Shown: positions 53,170 through 64,000 of the stretch, piece by piece | How positions within the stretch are numbered: the first letter of the stretch is position 1 | How the letters are laid out: every line of letters begins with the position of its first letter | Assembly (NCBI GenBank): GCA_021613535.1 | Contig: CP075492.1 | Span: 124,001-188,000, forward strand | DNA from: Adineta vaga | Lineage: Eukaryota > Animalia > Rotifera | DNA: 64,000 nucleotides | Reading direction: 5' to 3' | The notes under the pieces: model-generated | The model's database searches: none | Told to the model about the DNA's origin: nothing | Seen by the model: the letters and a program-made list of their open reading frames with translations, nothing else | Program-made: the position numbers and the translations under genes

Positions 53170-54300
53170 TGAATAATGGTATTCATCAAAACTTCGGCTT
53201 CTTTTTCTTTTCTTAAAATCAATTTCATTGTTCACAATAGTATACGAAACAATCTTCATGGAGAAGAATATTTCATCTTCATCTTCAAAATTAGTCTTAT
53301 CATGAAGTTCAGCAAATAGGACTGAATAAAATGATTGAATATTTATTGTACTTTCATATACATTGTCAATAAAAGCATCTCCAAAAAAGATTCGTGCTAT
53401 ATAACGATCGGTTATTGTTGATAAAAAAAACTACTTATTATTATCAAATTTCCTTGCCTCGATATACTGTTAAATTTGAACAATTAGACATCTGTAATCT
53501 TTTTAAATAATCAACTTGTATAGCAGCTAATTGATCAGTGAAGATCTTGAATGAAATAACGGAATTTATATATTGGAGTCAAATGTTAAATCACCTTGAA
53601 GATTAAAAAATAGATTTATGAGATATAAAATATTAAATTTTTCGATAGAAATATTTGAACATATTGATGGTAAACATTGATAATCGAAATGATTCACTTA
53701 GTAAATATCTCATTTTTAATCTTGGGATAGGAAATTCTTCTCAATAAAAATTTCGTGAGTTGTACAATTTGAAGATAATTCACATGAACAATTATTATCA
53801 TAAATCATCACAAGACATCATAGAAAGATATTGAAAATTTATTTGATATATTAATGTCATTAATGTGATGATGAAAATCTTCTTCGGAGAATAGTTCAAC
53901 AGTAATTAATAATGATTTGAGAAATACATCAATTGTATTATTATCTGAATCTTTTGATAATCATTTTTTGAATAAATAGATAAATTACAATTAAAAAACA
54001 ATGATTAAAATTAAACAAATCTATATTTGTATCTTTCTAAAATGATTCAAATCTTTTCTTACTGGATGAAATATTGATATAATTACAACAGATTCATTAT
54101 ATTTTTATATTATTTGTAAACATGAACATTTTAATTCATTGTCATAAATATTTTGTACTGTTTGATTAAAACTAAATGATGATTGAATAATTGTATAGAA
54201 AATAAGAATTATCAAACTACAAAGAAATAATACAATATAAATACGAGTTACCCATTAACGATGTTGCTAAGTTGAATTATTTTCTTTCAATAATAATTCA
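53170..54300 (-). pseudogene. Degraded Cys-rich transmembrane protein gene
   Basis: TRIYIVLFLCSLIILIFYTII TM, NELKCSC, ESVVIISIFHPV-like segments with many disruptions. Confidence 0.45.
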
Positions 54301-54680
54301 ATATTTATTGAGTATAAAGTTATATTTCATTTTATATTTAGAAATCAATCAGTAAATTAACTTCAACGTAAAACTTTATTTGATACATATACATGTATAA
54401 GAATATTTTAGTAACAATCGTCTAAAACATGAAGAACACATTCTGTTTTTGTACAGTTGCTTTCATTCATGTAATAACGACAGAAAAAGATAAATATGTC
54501 GAAAATCGTACGTGTTTATCTTTCTTTTTTTTTCCTTCTATGTAATAATAATAGATAAGACTCAAAAAGATTGTAGATATTTTTGTCTTTCTCTATTCTT
54601 ATTCATCATATAATAATATATAGATAAATATACGATTGATATTTTTAACTAACAGTACAATTTGATTCTCTATTATAAAG

Positions 54681-55665
54681 ATGTCGAATACAAATAGTTC
54701 AATAATATTATTAGAAATGCTTCCAACAGAATTATTTTATAAAATATTCGATTATTTATCTTTTCATAATATTCATTTCGGTTTCTTCAAATTAAATAAA
54801 TATATTAATAATATCATTAAACATTACGATAATTATAAAGTTTGTTTTAATAATTAATATTTTGATTTTTTTTATATCTAAAGAAAGATTATTTTCATTT
54901 ATTATAGTTTGATCACAACAATTTATTTTTTAATATTGATCAAACAAAATTTCGATTTTTAATTGTTAATCGTAACTTCAAGGAAAATTCCTTTTTCAAC
55001 ATATATCCATTGAATTCATTCACAGATCTCATCTATTTGGAAATTTATTCGATGAATTCATCATTCTTCACTGAACAAATTACGTTTTATTTAAATCAAT
55101 TGAAATGTCTAAAAACATTTAAATGTAATTTAAAATCATATAAAAACAATAATTCAATTCAATTATCTCCAATTCATATATTTGATGCTCAATCTGATTC
55201 ATTAATTCGTCTAATTGTACTTTTCTGTAGTGATTATTATCATATTGATCCACTTTCCGTTCCCAAAATAGTTCATTTTTCAAAATTACGATATTTAAAT
55301 TTATATAATATATCATTTGTTGATCTTATTTATCTCATAAGAATGTTACCACAACTTCGTTCAATTATTTGTGGTGTTTGTACAACATAATGTATTCCAA
55401 TATAGATATATCTTTATCAACAACATTGATCACTCATATTGATCTAGATTTCACGTACTATTCCGTAGCAAGTCATAAAGAACATATAAAACGATTTTAT
55501 TTTGAATTATATTATGAACCCGGCAGAAATGAAGATTTAGAATGGAATGATTTTAAAAATTCGTTTAATAACATATTTTGGCGAAACAAAAATGCAAAAA
55601 TAAAGCGTGAATTTGCTCTTAATGAATATGGAGAAGACACTTGTTATTTTATTGTTGATATTTAA
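54681..55665 (+). pseudogene. F-box/LRR-like protein, frameshifted
   Basis: LLEMLPTELFYKIFDYL F-box; intron ~54839-54907; LRR-like segments in different frames. Confidence 0.65.
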
Positions 55666-56309
55666 TAAATTACATAAACTTTGTAGTTGCACATAGAATT
55701 CATCTATGAAATATATTCTTTATGTAAAAATACAAAAGTTTCATTTAATTTGTGATAAGAAATGGAAAGTTTTCATCTCATTTACAGTTCTATGTACAGA
55801 TAGATATTTTATTAATTATTTCCAGAAAACCTAATAGATGATTCTCTTTCTATAACTTATATATAAATTGATACTATTAAAATTTTAATTTCATATGTTT
55901 TTATAGTATTCGAATCGTCTAGACGAGTTATTTGACTTATTACAGAATAAATCAAGTAAAATCTTCTGTAGTTCAATATATTTAGTCTTTAATAATAAAT
56001 TTGCGTTACTTTATATCTTCAATCAATGACTAAGGTTTAATTGTGTTTATTTCATATATAACTATCATTGTTCTCTCTTTTCTACGTAATCAATTCTTAC
56101 AACATATACAAGACAAATTTTTTTCTTTCTTTATCTTGAGTTTATATTTAACTTATTTATGTTATCATCAGTTGAATTATTTATCATTACATAGTAGGTA
56201 TTTTCATAAGATAGAAATGATGGTTTTTTCCTTTATTTTTATTATATGATTATCTTTTATATTTAAATACATATTTTGTCATTAATATCAGAGTAAATTT
56301 AGAGTTCTA

Positions 56310-57719
56310 ATGGAAACTAATGAATGTATTGTACATAATTCTAAATATCGATCAAAATTTAATCATGCTGTTAATTTAATTCGACGTGATAAAAATTATG
56401 AAGGACATATTTATTATGAATTATCTAAAAGATGTTGTTCATGTCATGGAAAAAAAGGTGAATTTTATATGATAAAAATACATAAAATATTTATTTTTAT
56501 TTTAGGTTTGAATATAATTGATCATAATGTATTAATTAATATATGTGATGAAATTGTTTTGGATCGATTAAAAGAACAAAAAATAGATAAAACTGTTTAT
56601 GTTTGTATTCTTCCATTCGAATCAGAAGCAAACTTTGAACAACGTCAAGCAAAGACTGGTTGTTTCGTTGGTAAAAAAGGTGAAAATTTAATTACTTTAC
56701 AAGATAAATATGATATTCATATTCATCTTGTTAGTAAACGTTCTAATAGAGGATTTATTAAAAGATGTCTCAATATAAAAGATCGTAGTGAAATGCATTG
56801 CATAATTTATGGACCTAATCAATATGTGTTAATTCAAAGAAAAAATAAATTGATGTTAAATACAAATCCTATTGATGAAATAAAACAAGAAATTATTAAA
56901 AAATGGGAAGAAACAAATGAAAATCAATTGATTGAAAAAGAATTGAGTTTTGATCAAAATCAATTTCAATTTGTATCTCTTTCATACATAGTGAAACATC
57001 GATCGATAATTAAACATTATGAAATAATGGACCGTTTTCTAGGAGAAAAAAATGAAAATTTACACAAATTAGAAGATCAATATAATGTTCGTTTACATGT
57101 TCTTAAAGCTGACTGTTTTAGTTTTAAATACAAATATTTTCAAAAACTTCTTCAAATTCCAGAAGGTAATTTTGATCATTTCTTTATAGTTATTACTAAG
57201 AAAAACAAATTAATAACAAATGAAATTCCTATTGATGAAATTAAAGAACAAATTATTAAACAATGGAAAATAGAAAATATTGAATCAATTAATTCAGATG
57301 AATCATTTCCATTCATGTCTCTTTCATTTGATCCAAATAGTTTTACACCGGAACGTATCAAAAAAGTTTATCGTTTTATTGGAAGAAATCATCAAAATCT
57401 ATATGCATTGCAAGAAAAATATCATATTTATATAGAAATTATTTATGAATATCCGAGAGAGAATATTCCAATGAAATCTACGAAATTATTAGATAAAGAA
57501 AAAATACATAAAATTTATTTATTAATCACAAATAAAGACAAATCAACAATGAATGAGATTTATTTTGATCAAATTAAACGAGAAATAATTAATCAATGGA
57601 AAAAAATCAAAGAAATTGATTCTGTTACAAATATGTCTTATAATAATCATGCTGTATCATCGAAACAACCGGATATTGATTATCAATGGCAGGAAAAGAA
57701 GTATCGCCGTTGGAAATGA
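56310..57719 (+). CDS. Protein with three divergent KH-like repeats
   Basis: FVGKKGENLITLQDKYDIHI, FLGEKNENLHKLEDQYNVRL, FIGRNHQNLYALQEKYHIYI, each followed by (P/F)..IK.EII..W; probable in-frame 48-nt intron at 56458-56505. Confidence 0.7.
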   Translation: METNECIVHNSKYRSKFNHAVNLIRRDKNYEGHIYYELSKRCCSCHGKKGEFYMIKIHKIFIFILGLNIIDHNVLINICDEIVLDRLKEQKIDKTVYVCILPFESEANFEQRQAKTGCFVGKKGENLITLQDKYDIHIHLVSKRSNRGFIKRCLNIKDRSEMHCIIYGPNQYVLIQRKNKLMLNTNPIDEIKQEIIKKWEETNENQLIEKELSFDQNQFQFVSLSYIVKHRSIIKHYEIMDRFLGEKNENLHKLEDQYNVRLHVLKADCFSFKYKYFQKLLQIPEGNFDHFFIVITKKNKLITNEIPIDEIKEQIIKQWKIENIESINSDESFPFMSLSFDPNSFTPERIKKVYRFIGRNHQNLYALQEKYHIYIEIIYEYPRENIPMKSTKLLDKEKIHKIYLLITNKDKSTMNEIYFDQIKREIINQWKKIKEIDSVTNMSYNNHAVSSKQPDIDYQWQEKKYRRWK

Positions 57720-58164
57720 ATTTTTTCATTTTCATTTTCATTTAAAATTTTTAACAATTAACTTTTAATACTTTGTTATTTAGATCAAGTTGTTCATAAA
57801 AAGATTAATTAATTAAAATAAAGAAATCTGTTATTATCGATGATTTTTATCAAGTTTTCTCTGAAGAATAAAATCTCTAAGGTTAATCAATAACACAAAA
57901 GGAGATATACACACGAGCAAGTTAAAGGATAAAAGTTCTAATATAAATAAACGAAACCAAAAGAAGAGAAAATTCTAACAAGTCAATTTTTAATTTATAT
58001 AGATGAATCATTTTTCAATAATAATGTAATAAAACAAGAAGAAAAAAGACAATACTGACCAACATCTAACTATATGAATATGATCTGATAAGTATAAAGA
58101 CTATTAATATTAAAAAATACGAATTATAATTGTTTGTGTATTTCTATCAAGAAAAACGAAGAAA

Positions 58165-58280
58165 ATAGATTTTAAAATTCTTCCTAATGAATTTATTAAT
58201 GAAATATTTGAATATTTTAATGTTTATTATATTTATCAAAGTTTTGATTATCTTAACAATCGATTTCGCAACATTAGTTA
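58165..58280 (+). pseudogene. F-box remnant
   Basis: FKILPNEFINEIFEYFNVYYIYQSFDYLNNRFRNIS*. Confidence 0.55.
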
Positions 58281-59596
58281 ATCATTTTTCTTGATGCGTC
58301 ATATTTTTTATTAACTTTTGAAAAGTATTTGCATACATCTAAATTGATTCTATATTTCAAATCAATGAATATAATCATAATAAAATTACATTAGAATAAG
58401 ATAGTAAAAATAATAGACGAACATTACAGAATATAAACGGTATAAATCCTCATCGCCGAAAATCGACGATCTGCATTTCGGCCAAATATCCTTTCGGCAA
58501 AGTGTTTTTCGGCGATGAGAGATACAACTGTTTGTCGAATCATCTAATTTATCTATAAGTAAAATTGCATCATAAATTGTTTTACCAATGACAACACCTA
58601 CACCCTCATGAGTCACTTGGAAATTATTTGATAGATTTTTTTGCTGTTCGGTTTGATCAAATACAAACCAACCAAATATATCCTGATCGATTATTTCATC
58701 TGTTTATTTCTTTTTTGTTAATTGTAAAATAGAGATGTAATGTTGGTACATTTTATCTGTAGATTACAAATATCAAAGTGCTCGTTTTTAATCAAAACAA
58801 TCAGACTATTTATTTTGTTTCCATTAATATTATCAACATTCAAAAATTTCTAAAAACTATATTTAAATAATAGTTACATTTTATGACGAATATTTTGCAC
58901 TGATTGTTTTATGTTAAGATACTGTAACAAATCAAATATGAATATAAAAAAAGTATCGCTTATTATCTTATACATACCATTTAGAATACAATATATGTTT
59001 TAAAACATGAAAGAAATTTCTTATTTGACGCAAATTTCAGTTGGAGAAAAAAAAGATTACTTGTTTTTTTTTCAAATATAAAAGTAAATCAATGCATTTG
59101 TTTACTTCTCTCTTTCGGTCTTTATGCATTAGTTACTATACAAACATTATTATTTGTTGGTTGTCAAAAAAAAAAATTCCGAAAGGAATAAAAATAATGA
59201 CTAATACTCATTGCTTGACTTCAACAGGGAAAAACCCAGCTGAACTTGATATAAATAGTGAAAGAAAAATGATTCAACTCTTATTAGTCTTTAAGAAATA
59301 GAATTTTTCAGATTTCATTATCTACTATTTGTTCCATGATACCAACATAAGAAATTTTTTGTATTTCAAATCAGATAGTTTGGCTTTCTCTCACTGAAAA
59401 TCAGTATCGTTCTAATAAATAATTTGAAACACGCATCTGTCATTCACCCTTAAGCAAAACTGGATGTCAAGCATGTTTTTTATTCTTGTTTTATAGGTAG
59501 GACAAACCGCAACGCTGATCTGAACGAGTATACCGTACACAAATCGTGACTGACATTTGACCGTGTCGTGTACAAAGAAGCTAATTAAGCATTAAA

Positions 59597-61353
59597 ATGG
59601 GACAGAAAAATAGAAAACCATCTGAAAACACTAAGGATGTAAGTAGATGTATAAAGTGTAATGTCACAAAATTTTTGGTCTAATTTAGTCTTCGGAACAG
59701 ATCCCTCTTCGTTCCCTCGCGAACTCGGAAGCTCTCCCATCTACAAATAACACTAAGTAATATGAATATAACTTGTCTATTGAATAAATACATCTGTTAA
59801 TATTAGACTCACACCAAAATCTCGGTTTATCCTCGTGTTTGTAATTATCGTTATTTCAATACTGGTAGTGGCAAGTATAGTTGTGGTTATTATTGGTATT
59901 CATTCAAAAAAGTTTATGAAAAGCAGAACAACAGCAGGTAATGTTTAATATTCATTTATGAATAGTATTTCCTAACAATATGAAGCTCCTTAATAACAGT
60001 TAATTTTGCAGAAAGTTGTAATTCTAAGACGATCACTATATTTCTTCGATTATTTTCATCGGATAAAAATATCGTTGAGTATCAATGATAAAATATTGAT
60101 TGATTTCTTCTCTTTAAACATATTTTTTCATGTTATAATGAATCATTCTACTTCCAAGATACAAATACTCGTAATATATTGCTGCAAAATTGATAAATTA
60201 TTGTGATAGTGAGAAAGTCAGTCTTTAGTTCATTCTTCATTCATAGTCATAGCATATGAGGCTCTTCTCAGTCAATTCTCTTGGAATTGAATTATTGACT
60301 ATAGGCACAACGACGACGACAAGCACAACCACGATGGAATCCATAACTACGACGATAAGTACAACTACAAGGAGATCCACAATCTATGCTGAAAACATCA
60401 CAATCAATGCTGATCAATTTTCATACCAAAATACCAGTTCTAACCCTATTCCACCCGTACATGATAAGAGATGGAGACAAAATGGAACTACTATTGTTGA
60501 TGGAAATATAGAAAATAATACGTTGGACATACTTTTTGATCCTTTTAGTATCTATATTGATAATGATATGCAAGCAATTTATATCACTGATTATTATAAT
60601 CATCGTATTGTTGAATAGAAATATAATACAATGAAAAGTCAACTTGTTGCGGGTGGTAATTCGAATGGAAGTCATAACAATCAACTGGATAGCCCAACAG
60701 ATGTAATTGTTGATAAAAAGAATAATTCACTTATCATTTGTGATTCTCAAAACCAACGAATAGTACGATGGCCTCTTAGAAATACTGCAAGTGGACAAAC
60801 GATTATTTCGGACGTTTATTGCTACGATTTAGCCATCGATAATAATGGAGATCTTTATGTACTAAACGATGACAAAGGTGAAGTGCGACGATGGAGAATA
60901 GGAGATAAAATAGGAACAGTAGTAGCAGGAGGAAATGGACATGGTAATGGTCTCAATCAACTCAATGTTCCTAATTCTATATTTGTCAAAGGTGATTCAC
61001 TTTATATATCCGATGCCTTCAATCACCGTATTATGAAATGGACAATAGATGAAAAAGAAGGCATTGTTGTTGCTGGTGGGCATAGTGCAGGAAGCAATCT
61101 CACACAATTGAATTTTCCTTCGGCAGTGATTGTGGATCAGTTGGATGATATTTATGTGATGGATGCAGGAAACAATCGAATAATGCCTTACACGAACGGA
61201 TCTCGCTTAGGTATTATGGTCGTTGATGGGAATGGAATTGGACAGCGACCTAATCAGTTCCAAAATCCCAGAGATTTTGCACTTGATGGGCATGGTAATC
61301 TTTATGTCGTTGATAATCACAATAAACGAATACAAAAATTTGAAGCTGATTGA
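59597..61353 (+). pseudogene. Transmembrane Thr-rich stalk + NHL-repeat protein with a premature stop
   Basis: TM exon ~59820-59937, Thr-rich linker, six NHL blades; TAG at 60616 where Trp is expected; 5' boundary approximate. Confidence 0.7.
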
Positions 61354-62099
61354 AATTGAAACAGCTATTTTTTTATAGACGATTTTTGATGAATAGAAAC
61401 GTTTTTATGTGAAAAAAAAACGCAATAAAACTAGAACAAAGATAAAATTCTAATTGTGAATAATGACACTACTGTTTTTAATCGTAAAATAAAGGCACTG
61501 TTGAGCATTGGTATACAAATTGATGGATGTAATTATTCCATTTATCTAAAACTTACCCCTCCTTTAGAAGTTAAAATTTTAAATAATATAAACCCCAATT
61601 AATCATTTGATTTCTATAAAAGTCAACTTTCTTGTTTCTATTTCAATGCATATTGATTCTTGCTAAACATTCATGTTTTAAAGTTACTTTTACTTTTTTC
61701 TGATTCATATTTGAATGTCTTAGTGAAAAGTATTTTCTGTTATATTTAAAACACAATAGAAATTGGATGAATAAATAAAATTTGAATTGAGAGTATGATT
61801 GAGGGCCAAAATAAATTTAGTTATATTGTATATATGGAATTTCTTTACTTCAAATAACTGATCTATTCATGTTTGATATCATCAAATTTTTGAGGATAAG
61901 CATGTGTGCTCCTCTCGATGACTCACTCAAAATATATTATTACAATATCATACTGAAATATAAAAAATTTATACTAAATAGATAAGATGAGTTACCTGTT
62001 GTCATTCTTACGCTGCGGATAAAAATAAAATAAAATTTGACACATTTTCATTTGTTTTATCTGTAAAACTGAGTTTATTTTCTTTAACATCATTTTCAA

Positions 62100-62385
62100 A
62101 TGTATAGAAATAGAGCGTATATTGAGTATGACTTTGACAATAATAGATCACCCAAATGTTGGCATGATCGTCAATTTAAGATTATTTGCATCATTATTTT
62201 AATACTAATAATAATTGCTATTACATTTGGTGTTTTGTTGAAGTTTGTTATTCTTTCCCCAAATAAATCAGACAGTACCACTATTACTACTATAATATCA
62301 TCAACATTAACATCTACATTGATAACTACATCTAAATCCACGACAACATCGACAACTACTACTACTGCTACTACTCAAAAATCGG
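62100..62385 (+). CDS. First exon of a type II membrane protein with Thr-rich stalk
   Basis: TM IICIIILILIIIAITFGVLL, poly-Thr, then GTAAGT donor. Confidence 0.65.
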
Positions 62386-62404
62386 GTAAGTGATTAAGCT
62401 ATTT

Positions 62405-62592
62405 CCCAGGTCGAGCATTACGACGATCGTAAACGGCCGTATACGACCGTTTTCGATGACGTTTACGACCGTAAACGGCTAAAATACGACCGTATACGTG
62501 CCGTAAATTACCGGTTTGGTATGGGCCGTATTCTTGCGGCGACGGCAGTATTCACCGCCGTTTACGATCGTATTTCTACGTAACCGACCGTT
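62405..62592. mobile_element. One end of a CCCAG-terminated non-autonomous TIR element
   Basis: Abrupt GC-rich block of repeated CGTAAACGG/ATACGACCG motifs in both orientations; the other end is not seen. Confidence 0.5.
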
Positions 62593-62642
62593 ATGATTAG
62601 CAGACTGTCATAAAAATTCTGATTTCTCACGAATTTCATCAG

Positions 62643-62843
62643 AATTACATCAGGATTACACTAGGATTACATCAGGATTACACTAGGACTACATCAGGAT
62701 TACATCAGGATTACACTAGGATTACACTAGGATTACATCAGGATTACACTGAGCAATCCTAGTTGAAAGCCTAGGAGCAATCCTAGTTGAAAGCCTAGGA
62801 ACAATCCTAGTTGAAAGCCTAGGAACAATCCTAGTAGAAAGCC
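62643..62843 (+). repeat. Two abutting minisatellites: 11-bp (ATTACATCAGG/ATTACACTAGG) x~10 and 24-bp (CAATCCTAGTTGAAAGCCTAGGA[G/A]) x~4
   Basis: Directly visible tandem units. Confidence 0.9.
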
Positions 62844-64000
62844 AAAATCGCACCTATATATATAGAGTGTATTTCTGCAAAACAAATCGGTGAATGAATA
62901 CCCGACCAAGATTACGAATTGCGAATTTGTAATCTTTGACTAAAAAAGCAGATGAAAGTAACTATTTTCTCGATTTATGATGATTACGAGTGATTCCCAG
63001 GATAGAAATCGGTTTACTTGTCAGTGCTGAAACCATAAGTTCTACCGAAATACGTTTATGAGAAAGAGTTTACCTTATTAAATGTTTATTATATATGTAT
63101 GCTAGAAACATATAACTTGTAATGTAAACAAAGAAACGGAGCTTTCAATAATAATCTTCAATAATTATACAATAAATTAACAATATTTGCGAACAAAATA
63201 CTTGCAACATATACTTCTTTCACAGAATTATATATCAGTTGTTTTCCGACAATACTTAGAGTTATGAAACTTCGAAAATTTAGCGTCAATTACAATTTGC
63301 AATAGGTATCCAAAAAGGAATGTCGTAATATAAAGATATCTATCGATTGCTTATGGTATATCTCATTTTTTTGGTCGAACTTTTTAATGGCTGTCGTACG
63401 GAACGACTTGAACTTCTTGTTCCTGTCCGATTATAGCTTAGTTCACGTATGTGCAGTTCATCCTATAACATCATCTTCGAATAATAAGCTTTCTTCAATA
63501 AGATCTTCAGCAAAATCATGTCGAGTTGATGTACATTGAACTAGCTGAGATCCGCTTTCACACCCTGTTTTACCAGTTTATTCAAGAGGTGATGCCAATA
63601 TAATGTTTCAGGTCTAATCTTATACAAACTTGCCCCAAGTGGAAGACTCAGCGGAATAAGTTTCAGTATTTTATTACTACATTCGTCATTTTCCATGCTT
63701 ATTACAAAATCATAGAATAATCTTCATTTGGACAAACATATTTTTAAACTGAATTTTAAATTATTGGCTTTTAGTTTCTTTTATTTGTCGATAAAAGCTT
63801 CAAAAAATGTGTATGCGAAAAGAATTTTATAAAGCAAAGGATGGTGTCGATCTCAATAGCTTTTTCGAAAATTTGTACTCTTTTTCGCAAATTTGAAAAA
63901 ATGTTCAGAAACTCAACTCTCTGCCAACGAAGTTCTGATTACACCACTAAACTTAATAAAAGTAGTCTTCATCCTGAATGACAGTTTACAGCAATCGTAT

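Noticed and set aside
62754-62843. Palindromic 24-bp repeats resembling CRISPR repeats
   Set aside because: No unique spacers, no cas genes, eukaryotic context; a plain tandem array
1-64000. Bacterial contamination suggested by beta-lactamase, FG-GAP, NHL and tail-collar domains
   Set aside because: These genes have spliceosomal introns and are interspersed with GPCR, F-box and ependymin-like genes

Overview
AT-rich eukaryotic DNA with short GT-AG introns. The gene families (F-box/LRR-like, NHL-repeat, orphan rhodopsin-like GPCRs, ADP-ribosyltransferases, intron-bearing genes of bacterial type) and the TGTGGG/TGAGGG repeats point to a bdelloid rotifer (inference). About half of the genes are pseudogenes or fragments. 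Mobile DNA includes a hAT element, a Sola2-like element nested in a CACTA/CMC-like element, two MITEs and a foldback element. The main unexplained signal is about 13 short telomere-like tracts. Several are G-rich arm + AT spacer + C-rich arm, they share a fixed GAGGGTG end with a biased flank (often ATCTW), and at least four sit exactly where genes are cut off. One tract abuts a minimal hammerhead ribozyme of the Penelope-like-element type. Also notable are an apparently intact ART-transmembrane-FG-GAP receptor-like gene and a secreted protein ending in a spliced phage tail-collar domain. All calls are by eye and no searches were run.
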